The notes under the pieces are model-generated. The model was given only the letters and a program-made list of their open reading frames with translations, ran no database searches and was not told the origin of the DNA. A program made the translations under genes and the position numbers. A stretch of DNA of 64,000 nt from an uncultured virus (IMG/VR IMGVR_UViG_3300035665_000019) (lineage: Duplodnaviria; Heunggongvirae; Uroviricota; Caudoviricetes). Below are positions 10,174 through 22,436 of this stretch, one piece after another (positions within the stretch are counted from its first letter, which is position 1; each line of letters begins with the position of its first letter). The DNA lies in IMG/VR virus record IMGVR_UViG_3300035665_000019, one strand, 5' to 3'.

Positions 10174-12235
10174 CGTATTTCCATGTTATATTTTTAGTAA
10201 ATTTTCCATCCAAAGGATTCCAACTTTCGTCATCTTGTATCACATATAATTGTCCTACTGTGCTGCTTCCAACTGGTAAACTAACAGTTATTCCTCTAGC
10301 AGCCGAGTTGGTTGCTGCTTCTCTTAATTTAACCGGTGACCAGTTAGCTGCCATAACAGGTCTAAACATGTCCACTAAATTTAATACATCTTTATATACT
10401 ATACCACCAGTATACATTGGGCAATCTGGATATCTCATATCAAATTCTGTTAAACCTTTTGGTATATTTGTTTGTATTTCCATGCTAAGTTGTCTAGTTT
10501 TAGCCGATTTTGATCCAGAATCTTGTAAAACAGGTCCTCTTTTTCTTCCTAATACAAATACCTCTGAAATAACATCACTACCTTTAGTATCTTGCACACT
10601 TATTGATAATATTCTACCGCCCTTGATCTGATTCGCACCTGTTCTAGAATTAAATTCGCAAGAATAAGTAATTGTTCCTTTCGAAGGATCAGATCCTATA
10701 GTTTTTGACATTGCTTTTGGATCCAATAATATATCAGAAGCATGTTTATTAAATACTGGACATCCATTATTTACTTGTGTTGTTGTTATTATTGGTTGAT
10801 TATCTTGAGTAATTCCGGGGACAGGATCCACGCCATTTTGTCCAGCGTTTCTTGAGTTAGTTGGTCTAGCATGAGATGTTTTTCTACCATCCAGAGACAT
10901 AGAAGCAAAAGTATGACTTCTAACATACATCATTGGCTCAACATAATTCCTCCAAGCATATAATGCATTATCGTATTTGTTAAGATAAATATTTGTTTCA
11001 TTCATAGATTTTAATGTAATTTCATTATCTTTATTACCTATGGTTGGTTGATATGTACCAGCTAAATGTTGAGCTGCTGTTATAAAGTTTGCTTGATGTC
11101 CAAAAGGACTACTTTCATTATGATCTAATTTCTTTAATTCCAAACCTTGAATACTACCATTAATTCTAGCTGTTACTACATTATTAAGATCTTGTGTTAA
11201 TTCTACACTATATTGTTCAGTATAGCCTGCTGGCTTGCTCATTGCTAGCCATGAATCAGATATTTCATAAGAGCCAGCGGTTTCACTAACATTAACAAGC
11301 CTGCTATGATTGTAAAGATACGCTTTTGGTTCTGCGTCAGCTTGTGGTGCAGAGGCGTATTTGCTGGCATCATTTTTAAAAGATGCTGGATAATTAGCTG
11401 CACTATTATCTACACTTAAAAATATATGATTGATTTGATCATTGCCTCTTTTTACTTGACAATGAACAAATTGTTTGGCGTTTAACCACGGAGATCCTCC
11501 ATGATAAGGAGTTGATGCGCCTTCTGCTTGTCCTTGTGGTGGCAAACCAGTAGGAGCATATGCTCCAACAGCACTAACTCTGTGTGTGATTCTATATTGT
11601 ATTAAATTTTCTAGACGATTATTGCCAACTGGATAAACTTGTGTAAAAATATTACCTAATTGTCTCAAATTATTCTGAGTATTCATCAGATAATAAGAAG
11701 GATCATCTATCGGCTCAACTGACCAATCATCAGAATACGAAACAACAGGAAAATGTTTTGCGCACGGATGTTTTACGCCAGCTTTTGTATAATGCTCTAA
11801 TTCTATGTTATAATCAATAGATCTTGTCCAATTATCGTCTGTTCTTGAAAAATTTAAAGAGTTTACTTTACAAAATACCCCACTGCCAGTTATCGCGTTT
11901 CCCGTAACAGATTCTGCTAATCCAAAAGTTAAATCTGTTCCACCGCATTGCATTTTTAATATGCCATGTTCTTTAAATAGCTCTCGCATATGTTTTTCTA
12001 ACTTCAATAAATTCTCAATTCCAAGAGCGTTGCTGCTTAAAGCATTACTATCATTCGCATTGGCTGGATCTTTACGAGGAACCCATAGTTTGCCTTCTAA
12101 ACTTATGGTTGTTTTAAATCCTAAGATATCTCTTTCTGCACTATCTTTAACTACCTGAGTACTAAGATTCAAAAATGGAGTTGGTCCATAATATGCCAAA
12201 TCTTGTCCTTTATAGAATATTTTAACTGAAGCCAT
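10166..12235 (-). CDS. Putative distal-tail/tail-tip structural protein, 689 aa
   Basis: Beta-rich ORF with an AAGGA SD upstream and an 8-nt overlap with the downstream gene. Function inferred from context only. Confidence 0.45.
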   Translation of the reverse strand: MASVKIFYKGQDLAYYGPTPFLNLSTQVVKDSAERDILGFKTTISLEGKLWVPRKDPANANDSNALSSNALGIENLLKLEKHMRELFKEHGILKMQCGGTDLTFGLAESVTGNAITGSGVFCKVNSLNFSRTDDNWTRSIDYNIELEHYTKAGVKHPCAKHFPVVSYSDDWSVEPIDDPSYYLMNTQNNLRQLGNIFTQVYPVGNNRLENLIQYRITHRVSAVGAYAPTGLPPQGQAEGASTPYHGGSPWLNAKQFVHCQVKRGNDQINHIFLSVDNSAANYPASFKNDASKYASAPQADAEPKAYLYNHSRLVNVSETAGSYEISDSWLAMSKPAGYTEQYSVELTQDLNNVVTARINGSIQGLELKKLDHNESSPFGHQANFITAAQHLAGTYQPTIGNKDNEITLKSMNETNIYLNKYDNALYAWRNYVEPMMYVRSHTFASMSLDGRKTSHARPTNSRNAGQNGVDPVPGITQDNQPIITTTQVNNGCPVFNKHASDILLDPKAMSKTIGSDPSKGTITYSCEFNSRTGANQIKGGRILSISVQDTKGSDVISEVFVLGRKRGPVLQDSGSKSAKTRQLSMEIQTNIPKGLTEFDMRYPDCPMYTGGIVYKDVLNLVDMFRPVMAANWSPVKLREAATNSAARGITVSLPVGSSTVGQLYVIQDDESWNPLDGKFTKNITWKYDA

Positions 12236-12256
12236 AGCTTTTATCCTTTAAGTCTT

Positions 12257-15200
12257 TTATCTTACTCCGTCTCCATTGCTATTAGCTGAAACTATAGCTG
12301 GAGTATTATTATTTTTAGTAGCATATGTAAAGTATGCTGAAGATGGTATCGACTCATAGAATGTATATACTCCAACATTCTCTCCTCCTCCATCTCCTGT
12401 TGTGTCTAATACTCCAGGACTTATGGATATGGTCCAAGGATATGGTGGTTCTCCAGTATAATTTACACTAGTTACTGTTGACCAAGATGCTCCTGTTCTT
12501 ATTCTCCATCCAACTTGGATCTGTGGCTCTATTGCTACTGGAAAAGAACTAGTTACTCCTAGATCATTGTCATTGAGATATGTCCATGAGTTTAAATTTG
12601 TTTGATTAGCAGAGTAATGTGCTGCTTTATACCATTCATCTTCTCCTGGTATCCAATATGAGATATTTTGATCAGTGTTTGGATTAATAACATTCTTTAC
12701 TGGATATGATTCAGGATTAACTAAATTATATGCGCCATCCTCTGTTGTTGTGGCATTTTGTGATCCTGTTGGTTTAAAATTACATAACCAATTAACATAT
12801 CTTGCAGCGTCATACCAACTAACTAAATTAACTGGCTTGTTACCCATATTTGGTCTTACAGAATAAGAATAAGATCCGTTTGATCCTACTCTTTCTATAC
12901 CGGCTCTAGGATTTGTTGACATTGAGATATTATAAAGAGCATTATTATCCGTAGAAGCAATAGCATTTAAGAATTCTACATATTGAGAATTTGTTATTTC
13001 AAAAGCACTTATCATATAGATATAGTCAACATTACCATATCCTGTTGTATCTGCTGGATTATTTATATCAGATATTCTTACAAAAGTACCAATATTTAAT
13101 ATGTTAGATGCAGAGCACACTCTAAATCCAATACTTGGACTTTCGTCAGAAGGATTGATTACTGCTCTATTAGATTTTGCTAAAGTATTAGCACCATAAT
13201 CAAATGATCCTCCTCTAATCGTTCTATGACCAATTGGAGAAACCGTATCTGTCCATTCAAACACGTTACCGCTTTGATCATAAGTGCCCCAATAACTTGG
13301 ACCGCCGTTGGTGCCAACTGTAGTAACATTACCAGTTGTTCCGTTCCAAGTTGCTCCATAGAAATAATTAGCTGCATTTGGAGTGGCCATTGTAACCGTA
13401 GGAGTTACTGTTGGTGTTCTGGTAGGAGTATTAGATACTGTTAAACTAGGAGTTACTGTTGGTGTTCTCGTAGGAGTATTAGATACTGTTAAAGTTGGAG
13501 TTATTGTGTTGGTTGGCGTGGACGCAAGATTAGTTCTCGTCACAGTGCTTGTGGGAGTAGGAGTTGCTCTTGTTTGAGTATTAGTTGCTGTTGAAGTAGG
13601 TGTTTGTGTTCTGGTTGTAGTTTTAGTAGGAGTTATAGATGGTGTTGTTGTTGATGTTCTAGTAGGAGTAATATTGGGAGTTCTAGTGGGTGTTGATGTT
13701 ATAGTGGCTGTTGGAGTAGAATATAAAGTCGAGGTTGGAGTATTTGTTGGTGTGGCACTAGGCGTTGGGCTGGGCCCTCCTACTGGAAAAGGTGGTGGAT
13801 CCGGAGTATAAGAAGATGCCAATACGGCAAATGGTGGGGTATATTCTGTTCTAAATTTTACTGTCGGAGTATCAATATTTCCGTCAACTAAAATAGCAGG
13901 AATAATACAAAATCTGAATCCTCCATCGGACATAACATCTAATGGTATAGTTGTCAAATCAATTTGTGTAGAATAAATAGAGGCTCCGTCGTCTAGTATT
14001 GTTGCAACACGATATCCATTAAAAGCGTCAGCCACCACATCTGCGTCTGACGCAGCAGGGCAATGGGGATATGATGCTATAACATAATAAGCTACAGAAT
14101 CTCCTGATATTAGACTATTATCAAGTCTTGTGGTAACAGAGCTCCAAGTTAACTGAACAATGTTGAACTCTGTTATATGGCCGATATTTCTCGAAGCAGT
14201 AAAAAATTCTGGTATGGACGGCAATGCCATGAATAAGTCTAAGTAAGGTGATAATGAATTAATGTGAGAGATGCTTATGTTTGATGTAGACGCATCATAT
14301 TGAGTTGATAGTAATTTGGTATCTGATAAATAATCATTAGTTTTTGTATTTAATGCACTATTTATATAAGGCTGTAATGTGGATGTTTTGTAAGATTGTA
14401 AAAAGTTGTAGAAAGCGTATAATTCTTCTATATACATTTGTCTAGTTGAAGCATTAGACATAACCCTAGTATAAAATGTAGCGAATGATATTTCTTCGAT
14501 GCTCGTTGCGGAGCCGTTATATACATATGGAAGAAAAAACACAGCACTGTTGCTGAAACAGGAGTCATTACCCCAAGGCAATAGTCTCGCTATATTAGAA
14601 CTATCAATGTGCAAATATGTATTATTTTGCCCATAAACAAAACCGTCAAATTTACCTAATACGGTCTCCATAGCACAATACCTAATACACTGCCTAACGT
14701 CCATACATGTTTCCATATTATTTTTCCAAGAATTAGGATTGTATTCCCAAGTTTCAATATTAGCGGCCCTACTAATACTATCATAACTATTAATTTTGCT
14801 AATCAAGTTAATTAAATCGCTATTGTCAGAGGATCCATAATCAATACCATATCCAAGACCATTAGGATCATTATATAAAGATGGAATTTGTGAGCCCTGT
14901 ATTTCATAAAGATGTTTAGTATTATTAATACCGAATAATTCGTTGAGCTTATATATATCTTCAAGAGGCTCTATTATCAAATATTCCCCAAAATCTGCAT
15001 AAAATTCAGAATTAGGAACTAATGTAGAAATTGGTAACGTATCTCCTCCTGGGGTAGCAGATACGGCGAATGTGTTAGTTGTTAGATACGGTTGAACAAC
15101 ATAATAAACATTATCTGGATTTATTCCATCAATATTAACTATTCTGACTGCTTGGTTAACTTTAAGATAATGTCTTGCACTTGTTATTAATGCTGGTGAA

Positions 15201-18200
15201 GATCCGTGCCTGTTTACTATTTGTATAGTAGAGTCATTTAAGAAAACTCTAGTAAAATTAGTTCTAGGAGCAAACATGAAGGGTTGCGGAGCAGATTGTT
15301 GCGTTAGGTAACTATTGTAGTCATGGAATATCTTATACGATAAGTGTTCTGCTGTTTTTGAGTTATCCTGTAACATATTGTTTATATTAAGCGTTTTAAG
15401 AGGAGATAATCCGTTTATTGTTACAGAGTTTGTTTTAATCTTAAATGGAGATTTTCTATTATATGGTCTAAAAGTTCCAAATCCCTTAACTCTTCCTTTT
15501 ACATTAGCGTCAGTATACTTTTGGTTATTGTATGAAATTATAATTTGTACATTTTTATAGCTTTGTCTCCATGCGTTTATTTCTTTTGCTCCTACGGATG
15601 TGTTTGGAACAATATAGTCGTTAGGATCACCATATTCAGTGGGAATACTCCATGGCCAATTAGTTGGAGCTTTTATAAGTTCATTCTTTGCTGTTTGATC
15701 TATTTTAATAGAAATTGTTGGGTCACTACTTAGTGAGAAAAAGTTATTCAAATAATTTGTTGCGGTGGGTGTCTGGGTAACTGTTGGCGTTGGGGTGGTT
15801 GTTAATGTACTAGTTAAAGTTGGCGTTGGTGTTAATGTAGAAGTTCTTGTATTTGTAGGAGTAACTGTTGGACTCGCTGTTGCCGTAGGAGTAGCATTAA
15901 TCACAAAAGTAGCTGTTGGACTGCTGGTTGGTGTGCTAGTTGGAGTTGCTGTTGTTTGTGGGAAAATATTATATACCAATGGTTCTATAAAATTACTTCT
16001 ATTATTTACAATTAATACATGGTTTGATAGATGTCCTATTCCTATGATCTTAGTATCATTGATATTTGTTGGAATTATGAAATTACCATTTGGTAAGTTG
16101 GGATTAATCACAAGTCCGGGTATGGTTTGGATAGTAGATATTACATTTACTCTAGAAGCTATATTTCCTGTTTGTCCTCTGTTGCTCTCTCCCCAAGACC
16201 ACATGGACCCTGGAGCAGCAATATCTCCCTCTGCTGATGATTTTATAGCATAGGATGTGATTCTGCCAGCATATACTCTTCTCCAATAGTTTCTACTATT
16301 GTCATTTTTAATCGCTCCGAAAGTTATCTGTGCGATTTCTACTACTGTTGGATCATCAGTAATAACTTTTGGCGAACCAATAACTGTTGATAGTTGTCTA
16401 AAATCATTATTTCCCCAACCCCATATAGAGCCATAGTCTGTTATATCTGAGAATTCTTTCTTAATTGCTAGATTATGATATCCTCCAGCAGCTATATCTA
16501 ACCAAATATCTGTTTCTGCTTCTTTATTTCTAAAGTCAGAATAATTATCTTGTAATACAACCACTCTAACTGGCAATGGAGCATATGGTATTGTAGTATT
16601 GGTTCTGCTAGGAACATCTTTTTCTACGATACTACCAACAGCAGGATATGTTTCTTGTAGTATTACTGCTTTTTTGATTTGTGTGCTAGTTGGTCCGAGT
16701 CCAATCTGACCAAATCCATTATCTCCCCAGCACCAGATTTGACCATAATGATCAAGTCCTAATGTATGGAATCTTCCTAAACAAATTTTCTTCCATCCAA
16801 AGCCTCTATTATAACAATATCTTCTTCCTGTTGGAGGATTAACAAGAACCATATTATTCATGATTCCTATTTTAACTATTGGACGACCATTATCTGTGAC
16901 TACCTCTCCAGAACCATCAACTTCTTGGATCAATCCTATTCCAAGCTGTCCATACTTGTTGCTTCCACAGCCATATAGTCTGCCAGAACTATCTAAGGCT
17001 AGAGTATGAGCTTCTCCAGCATATACCTTACTAAAGGTTTGATATTCATAGTTTACTTCGCTAGAAGTGAATCTGATGATAGAAATAAACTTTAATTTTG
17101 AAGTATCAATAGCATTTATCATAGAATGATCTACTGTGATCTTGCTTATATCTAAATTGCTATTATATTCTACATTCAATACCTTAACTTTGTGTAGTGC
17201 TGCTGGATAAGAGTTATCATCATAAATATTTACAAAACATAAATGCTTGTTACTATTATTTAATATAGATGTTATATTACCATATACTGTAAATACAGGA
17301 AAATATTGTTTTGTTTGGGTTACAGTAGGAGTAGGAGTTGTTGTCGGTGTTGTAGTAGGAGTTTCTGTATTTGTTGGAGTTGATGTTCTAGTAACAGTTA
17401 CTGTGGATGTATTTGTAGGAGTAGAGGTCCTAGTTTGTGTAACTGTGGCAGTAATAGTGGCAGTATTAGTGGCTGTTTGAGTAAATGTTGGAGTAGAAGT
17501 AAAAGTTGGTGTTGATGTCTTTGTTGGTGTTGGTGATGCTGTTGGCGTTGGTGTCAACAAAGATGTGGCAGAAGGTGAGGGTGTATTAGTGCTGGTTGGA
17601 GTAAATGTTGGAGTAACTGTTGCTGTTGCTGTTTTAGATAATGTATTGGTTTGAGTATTAGTGTTCGTAACAGTTTGAGTAAGGGTAGCAGTTGGAGTTT
17701 GAGTATTAGTTGTTGTTGGACTGCTTGTTATTGTACTAGTTAAAGTATTAGTGGGGGTTGTCGTTGGTGTCGAAGTTGGTGTTTTTGTAGCATAAAAAGA
17801 TGATTCTTTTTCGATACAATATCTGTATTCTTTATAAACTTTAATCTTACTTGGATTAGCCTTTGCTAATAATCCCGGATCTGTATCCTTCTTGGTTTTT
17901 GAAAGAACCGTGGGAATAACAGAAAAGTCCATATTCTCAGCATAATTTTCCCACAAAATACCTATGGTTGTATAGGTTTGACCACCTATAGACTGTACCA
18001 CTGGATCATAGAAAACCATGGCGCTTGTGTCTGTAATATTATTTTTACCATTGTAATAATCAATTATTAGTTGATCTTGGTTTGAATATTCAGAAGATAC
18101 ATCTCCTGGAATATTTATAACATATATTTTAGTTTCGTCATCAGCATTTGAAATTAAATGTATTGGTCTTGGTAAATAATGGTTACCTAATTGTCCATCA

Positions 18201-21130
18201 GAATTTCTTCCCCATGTCCATAAATCTCCATTTTGATCTATAGCAGCTCCGTGAAACAATCCAGCGCTTACCTCTTGGAATCTAGTTTCACTAGGAGTTG
18301 ACGATATTGATGTAAAATTTCTCTTAGTATCATAATTACCTAATCCTAATTGACCCCACTGATTATTGCCAACGCTATGTAATTTTCCAAAAGAGTCTAT
18401 ACCAAGACTAAAATTAGCTCCTACTGACACAGCATCAAATATAACACATGAACGATTATCTAAATTAGTATACTTTAAGATATTATCATAATTATCATAT
18501 GCATTATTGCTTTGATCAGCTAATCTAGGAGGATCCAAGAATGACTCAGTTAATCCAGCAAAACTTAATTGACTATAATAGTTATCTCCCCAAGCAATAA
18601 GATTAGATATAAAACTAGTTGGTGTGGGTGTTGGCCTTGGTGTGCGAGTTATAGTATTAGTAGGAGTTTGTGTATTGGTAGCAGTGGGAGTAAGCGTCGG
18701 AGTTTTAGTCGGTGTCTCTGTATTAGTTGGAGTATTAGTTGGAGTAGTAGTATTTGTTGCTGTGATACTAGGAGTAACTGTTGCTGTTGCTGTTTCTGAT
18801 GGAGTTTTGGTCTGTGTTAGTGTTGGGGTTTGTGTTGGTGTGGATGTAAAAGATGGAGTTGGAGTTTGTGTTGGTGTTTTAGTTGGAGTAACTGTTGCTC
18901 TTGCTGTTTTTGTTGGAGTTCTAGTCTGTGTTGGAGTTTTAGTAAAAGTTTGAGTTGGAGTTCTAGTCTGTGTTACTGTTGGTGTTGGAGTATTCGTTAT
19001 GCTAGAAGTTACAGTAATTGTAGGAGTTGGTGTTGGAGTCGTTATAAGAGTTTCAGGAATATAATCATATGCTTTAATATTACTAAATATATTATATGAT
19101 TTAGAAACTTTTCCACCCAATATCCATATATTAGATATTGGGGTACCTTTTTCTCCTGGTAATTCTCCAAAAACTATACCACAACTATATCCGCAACCAT
19201 TTCTAGTTGGATTGTCAAAATCAGTGTTACTTGTAGTAGCATAAGCAACGACCCTGTTCTCTCCGTCTATCATAGCCAATTCTAGAGTAGAATAAATCAA
19301 GTTTTTATATGGGCTATTATATATTGTATGATCAATATTTGTTTTATAATCAAAATAAGAATTAACTCTAAATCCAGTTCCGTTGTTAGGATCTATTGTG
19401 TCTATTAAAAATGGCTCATCCTTTTTCACTCCATCATAATATCCAGCCCAAAAATCTTTGATTTCGTTATTTTCTGGGTTCTTCATTCTAAAAGCACTAG
19501 AAACGCAATATACTCTTAATGGGAACTTTACCAATAAGTTATAATTAATAGCTATTCTACCACCCAAGTCTGATCTATATGATGTAATATCATAAGACTG
19601 TTTGGTGTCTTTATTTAGATTTGTTAACGTAATATGATTATCAGTGAATGATCCTTGTCTTATAAAATATTTTGATTTTAATTGAACATCTCTTGTATCT
19701 GGTGTTGATGTCCACTCCTTGACTCCGCCCGCAACATCTTTAACGCCGTAGTAAGAGCCTACATCATAAGATTTGATTTGTGAACTATTCCAATTTGCAA
19801 TATTGTTATTATTCAATAAATCTATTTTTGTTAATGTTGGTAAATTAGGATCCCAATTAACAATCCAATAATCGTTAGTTGTATTTGATTGCAAATTAAT
19901 GACTGTTTTAGTATTAGAATATATAAGATCTACTAAAGAATATGGTTTAGTATTTATTGGAGCTTGATTAATTAACGATAATAATTCATTAATTGTCTCA
20001 AAGTCTTGCGGTAAAGAGCTGTCTGATAATAGATGGCCATATGCATATACAAAATTACTTTTATTGTTCAGTATTATTTGATCAGCATCATTTATTTGAC
20101 CATCATTGTCATAATCCCTGATTTCATCTAGATCGAATCCAGGAATATTGTCTGATCGTGTTCCATATCTCCAATATTTATCATTTTTACCGTCATAATA
20201 CGCAGCTTTGTACCATTCGTCTTCTGTTGGAATCCAAAATTTAGCATTAGCATTCTTAGGAATCGGAGTGTCCATAGTTCCATATAAAGAATATGCCCCA
20301 TCCTCTGTTGTAGTAGAGTCTGGATAGCCTCTTTTTTTATCGTTATGCAACCAGTTGCAATATCTCGCAATATCAAACCATGTTAAATATCCTATAGCGC
20401 TATTTTTAATACCGGGATAATAGTAACATCCTCCGATTGACTCTCCGGCTAATACATTGCTAATATCCAAAACGTCAACATTTCCGTCTGCATTGGTGTC
20501 TTCGCAAGTTAATAATGAGTAACAATTATAATTGCCATCAAATTTTTTAACAATACCACATTTAATATCTGATGCCATTTCAGGTTTCCATAACTGATAT
20601 GGATCATCATAAAAAGCCACAGCATTTAAAAATTCCATCCATTCGCCAACTGTTATTTCTGCTTTACTTATACCATATGGGTAATTTACAGCTCCTAAGT
20701 CATTGGAGTCAGGATAGTTTTTAAGATCGTCTATGATTGCGTAATTTGACAATAATAAATATTGCTGTATATTTATTGGTGTTTGTGTTGGTGTTGGAGA
20801 ATTCGACGGAGTGCAAACGGGTTTAGAGTTATTTGATATTACTTTTAAACAATAAATTTCTCTACCAATACGATTCAATTCATCGTCATGAATGACTAAT
20901 TGTATAAGATATTTTTTAAGATCATTACTTTGTATTAGAGCAAATGTTTTTATTTTTTGTGATTCTGACGTGGCAATGAACATTCCTGCTTTGGGTTTAA
21001 AAGACACCGTGCCACTATTTAAAAGACTGAATTCATATGTATACGAATTACCAATTACCAAATTTTCTATGGTTGCTTCTAAAGTTACTTCTATGGGGCA
21101 GTCAGCCTGATTAATTACTGTTTCTTGCAT
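12257..21130 (-). CDS. Giant multidomain virion appendage/adhesin, 2957 aa: FGE-sulfatase (SUMF1) domain, RCC1 repeats, CotH-like kinase, circularly permuted FGE-sulfatase domain, Thr/Pro linkers
   Basis: FGE motifs [39 protein letters not shown]1 motifs [29 protein letters not shown] and [26 protein letters not shown]. CotH motifs [29 protein letters not shown]. Four TPT-rich tracts. Confidence 0.85.
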   Translation of the reverse strand: MQETVINQADCPIEVTLEATIENLVIGNSYTYEFSLLNSGTVSFKPKAGMFIATSESQKIKTFALIQSNDLKKYLIQLVIHDDELNRIGREIYCLKVISNNSKPVCTPSNSPTPTQTPINIQQYLLLSNYAIIDDLKNYPDSNDLGAVNYPYGISKAEITVGEWMEFLNAVAFYDDPYQLWKPEMASDIKCGIVKKFDGNYNCYSLLTCEDTNADGNVDVLDISNVLAGESIGGCYYYPGIKNSAIGYLTWFDIARYCNWLHNDKKRGYPDSTTTEDGAYSLYGTMDTPIPKNANAKFWIPTEDEWYKAAYYDGKNDKYWRYGTRSDNIPGFDLDEIRDYDNDGQINDADQIILNNKSNFVYAYGHLLSDSSLPQDFETINELLSLINQAPINTKPYSLVDLIYSNTKTVINLQSNTTNDYWIVNWDPNLPTLTKIDLLNNNNIANWNSSQIKSYDVGSYYGVKDVAGGVKEWTSTPDTRDVQLKSKYFIRQGSFTDNHITLTNLNKDTKQSYDITSYRSDLGGRIAINYNLLVKFPLRVYCVSSAFRMKNPENNEIKDFWAGYYDGVKKDEPFLIDTIDPNNGTGFRVNSYFDYKTNIDHTIYNSPYKNLIYSTLELAMIDGENRVVAYATTSNTDFDNPTRNGCGYSCGIVFGELPGEKGTPISNIWILGGKVSKSYNIFSNIKAYDYIPETLITTPTPTPTITVTSSITNTPTPTVTQTRTPTQTFTKTPTQTRTPTKTARATVTPTKTPTQTPTPSFTSTPTQTPTLTQTKTPSETATATVTPSITATNTTTPTNTPTNTETPTKTPTLTPTATNTQTPTNTITRTPRPTPTPTSFISNLIAWGDNYYSQLSFAGLTESFLDPPRLADQSNNAYDNYDNILKYTNLDNRSCVIFDAVSVGANFSLGIDSFGKLHSVGNNQWGQLGLGNYDTKRNFTSISSTPSETRFQEVSAGLFHGAAIDQNGDLWTWGRNSDGQLGNHYLPRPIHLISNADDETKIYVINIPGDVSSEYSNQDQLIIDYYNGKNNITDTSAMVFYDPVVQSIGGQTYTTIGILWENYAENMDFSVIPTVLSKTKKDTDPGLLAKANPSKIKVYKEYRYCIEKESSFYATKTPTSTPTTTPTNTLTSTITSSPTTTNTQTPTATLTQTVTNTNTQTNTLSKTATATVTPTFTPTSTNTPSPSATSLLTPTPTASPTPTKTSTPTFTSTPTFTQTATNTATITATVTQTRTSTPTNTSTVTVTRTSTPTNTETPTTTPTTTPTPTVTQTKQYFPVFTVYGNITSILNNSNKHLCFVNIYDDNSYPAALHKVKVLNVEYNSNLDISKITVDHSMINAIDTSKLKFISIIRFTSSEVNYEYQTFSKVYAGEAHTLALDSSGRLYGCGSNKYGQLGIGLIQEVDGSGEVVTDNGRPIVKIGIMNNMVLVNPPTGRRYCYNRGFGWKKICLGRFHTLGLDHYGQIWCWGDNGFGQIGLGPTSTQIKKAVILQETYPAVGSIVEKDVPSRTNTTIPYAPLPVRVVVLQDNYSDFRNKEAETDIWLDIAAGGYHNLAIKKEFSDITDYGSIWGWGNNDFRQLSTVIGSPKVITDDPTVVEIAQITFGAIKNDNSRNYWRRVYAGRITSYAIKSSAEGDIAAPGSMWSWGESNRGQTGNIASRVNVISTIQTIPGLVINPNLPNGNFIIPTNINDTKIIGIGHLSNHVLIVNNRSNFIEPLVYNIFPQTTATPTSTPTSSPTATFVINATPTATASPTVTPTNTRTSTLTPTPTLTSTLTTTPTPTVTQTPTATNYLNNFFSLSSDPTISIKIDQTAKNELIKAPTNWPWSIPTEYGDPNDYIVPNTSVGAKEINAWRQSYKNVQIIISYNNQKYTDANVKGRVKGFGTFRPYNRKSPFKIKTNSVTINGLSPLKTLNINNMLQDNSKTAEHLSYKIFHDYNSYLTQQSAPQPFMFAPRTNFTRVFLNDSTIQIVNRHGSSPALITSARHYLKVNQAVRIVNIDGINPDNVYYVVQPYLTTNTFAVSATPGGDTLPISTLVPNSEFYADFGEYLIIEPLEDIYKLNELFGINNTKHLYEIQGSQIPSLYNDPNGLGYGIDYGSSDNSDLINLISKINSYDSISRAANIETWEYNPNSWKNNMETCMDVRQCIRYCAMETVLGKFDGFVYGQNNTYLHIDSSNIARLLPWGNDSCFSNSAVFFLPYVYNGSATSIEEISFATFYTRVMSNASTRQMYIEELYAFYNFLQSYKTSTLQPYINSALNTKTNDYLSDTKLLSTQYDASTSNISISHINSLSPYLDLFMALPSIPEFFTASRNIGHITEFNIVQLTWSSVTTRLDNSLISGDSVAYYVIASYPHCPAASDADVVADAFNGYRVATILDDGASIYSTQIDLTTIPLDVMSDGGFRFCIIPAILVDGNIDTPTVKFRTEYTPPFAVLASSYTPDPPPFPVGGPSPTPSATPTNTPTSTLYSTPTATITSTPTRTPNITPTRTSTTTPSITPTKTTTRTQTPTSTATNTQTRATPTPTSTVTRTNLASTPTNTITPTLTVSNTPTRTPTVTPSLTVSNTPTRTPTVTPTVTMATPNAANYFYGATWNGTTGNVTTVGTNGGPSYWGTYDQSGNVFEWTDTVSPIGHRTIRGGSFDYGANTLAKSNRAVINPSDESPSIGFRVCSASNILNIGTFVRISDINNPADTTGYGNVDYIYMISAFEITNSQYVEFLNAIASTDNNALYNISMSTNPRAGIERVGSNGSYSYSVRPNMGNKPVNLVSWYDAARYVNWLCNFKPTGSQNATTTEDGAYNLVNPESYPVKNVINPNTDQNISYWIPGEDEWYKAAHYSANQTNLNSWTYLNDNDLGVTSSFPVAIEPQIQVGWRIRTGASWSTVTSVNYTGEPPYPWTISISPGVLDTTGDGGGENVGVYTFYESIPSSAYFTYATKNNNTPAIVSANSNGDGVR
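13399..13494. repeat. 48-bp tandem duplication inside a Thr/Pro linker ([15 protein letters not shown] x2)
   Basis: taggagttactgttggtgttct(g/c)gtaggagtattagatactgttaaa(c/g) at 13399-13446 and 13447-13494, with 2 mismatches. Confidence 0.9.
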
Positions 21131-21175
21131 AAAATGATCAATATTGGTTATTTGTTAATAAAATGATAGGTCCTA

Positions 21176-21189
21176 CATTAATATACACT
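21176..21189 (-). promoter_or_regulatory. Putative late-promoter motif AGTGTATATTAATG
   Basis: One of four RGTGTA-NNT-WAW copies at gene junctions. Lies upstream of the 2957-aa gene and overlaps the stop of the 412-aa gene. Confidence 0.45.
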
Positions 21190-22426
21190 AAGGAACGACT
21201 TCAAAAAATGGACAACTGAAATAATTAGGCTGGCAAGAAGTATTAAAATTATCCCAGCAGCAAGAAAAGACCGGTAAAGAGCCATTTGAAGGAAAGCAAT
21301 CCAAAGTAATTTGATCACATATTTTCGTTGCCGGTAGCCCTATGCTCAAAGAACCAGTCACTACAAATTTATCATTAACACAGCATACTAAAAATCCTAT
21401 AGACACATCTTCATTGCAGGCATTTTTCAATGATACATTGCTACTCCAACAATCTTTACCCATTTTAGTCCATTGCATAGGTTTAGTTATATTGTTTAAT
21501 TGACCCAAACCAACGAAGGTACTATTCCCAGAAAACTTAGCAATCATTTCGTCGCATGTTGGACAGCACTCATAATTTAATTTAGTCGATTTATTAGGCA
21601 GCACGCAACTATCAAATAATTTGATTGTTTGTTCATTTATGGTTGTGGTTAGAACAACCCATGTAATTCCGTCATGACACTGGCCATTAGATAGATTACA
21701 AAAAAGCTCAACAGAGGCGCCTTCCTTAAATAGATTTAATGGAACGTCTGAAAAATTAAAGGTAGCAGAAACATCGTCTCCTGTTGATCTATTGTTTAAA
21801 CTAATTTGAGTTGATGAAAAAGATTGACTATTAAAAGTTAATTTTGGAATAAATACTGCTCTGTCGCAAGCGTGTCCTCCTGCGCATTTTGATTGAACTT
21901 GGCCTAATCCTGGTATATTAACCGTAGAGATAGTTTTCCTGTAAAAAGCGTAACCATTCACAGTTATTTTTTCTGGTGTTCCATCTGGAAGTTTTTTATC
22001 ACATGGTAGTGTCGGAGGATTGGGTGGTACTGGTGGTTCTGGAGGAAAAACAGGGGGAGTGGAACATTCACAACCATTAATATCTAACACTAAAGGAGGA
22101 ACACAATTGATATCTCCGCAAAGTTTAGTGGCAGAAGGAGTTACTGTTGGAGTATTTGTGGGAGTTGGTGTTCTTTTACTAGTTGATGTTGGTGTATGTG
22201 TGCTAGTTTTCGTTTTAGTAGGAGTAAATGTGCTAGTTGCTGTTCTTGTGGGAGTGTTAGTACGAGAAGCACTTGGCAATATTAATGTGCGAGTAGGAGT
22301 TTTTGTAGGAGTTGGAGTTTGCGGCACCGTGCTTGGTGGTGTAGCTGGAGGTGTGCTGGTTGCCGTTGGACTTTTAGTAGGATCTATTTTTGGTAAAATT
22401 GTGTCGCAATTACATTGATCTGTCAT
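21188..22426 (-). CDS. Cys-rich protein with Thr/Pro linker, 412 aa (probable virion appendage component)
   Basis: N-terminal TPT tract, a Pro-rich segment, then many cysteines (CAGGHAC, ECCPTC, VCCV, SCCW). Confidence 0.75.
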   Translation of the reverse strand: MTDQCNCDTILPKIDPTKSPTATSTPPATPPSTVPQTPTPTKTPTRTLILPSASRTNTPTRTATSTFTPTKTKTSTHTPTSTSKRTPTPTNTPTVTPSATKLCGDINCVPPLVLDINGCECSTPPVFPPEPPVPPNPPTLPCDKKLPDGTPEKITVNGYAFYRKTISTVNIPGLGQVQSKCAGGHACDRAVFIPKLTFNSQSFSSTQISLNNRSTGDDVSATFNFSDVPLNLFKEGASVELFCNLSNGQCHDGITWVVLTTTINEQTIKLFDSCVLPNKSTKLNYECCPTCDEMIAKFSGNSTFVGLGQLNNITKPMQWTKMGKDCWSSNVSLKNACNEDVSIGFLVCCVNDKFVVTGSLSIGLPATKICDQITLDCFPSNGSLPVFSCCWDNFNTSCQPNYFSCPFFEVVP

Positions 22427-22436
22427 ATTTAACTCT

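Noticed and set aside
13100..13300. Diversity-generating retroelement target (FGE/CLec domains are known DGR targets)
   Set aside because: No reverse transcriptase and no near-identical template repeat differing at adenines were seen in the window. The GFRV end is also internal because of the permutation. A remote template repeat elsewhere in the genome cannot be excluded.
13383..22418. Val/Gly-rich plus-strand ORFs (e.g. 13383-13577, 15765-16253, 17247-17480, 18624-18953, 22020-22418)
   Set aside because: These are antisense shadows of the Thr/Pro codon tracts in the minus-strand genes.
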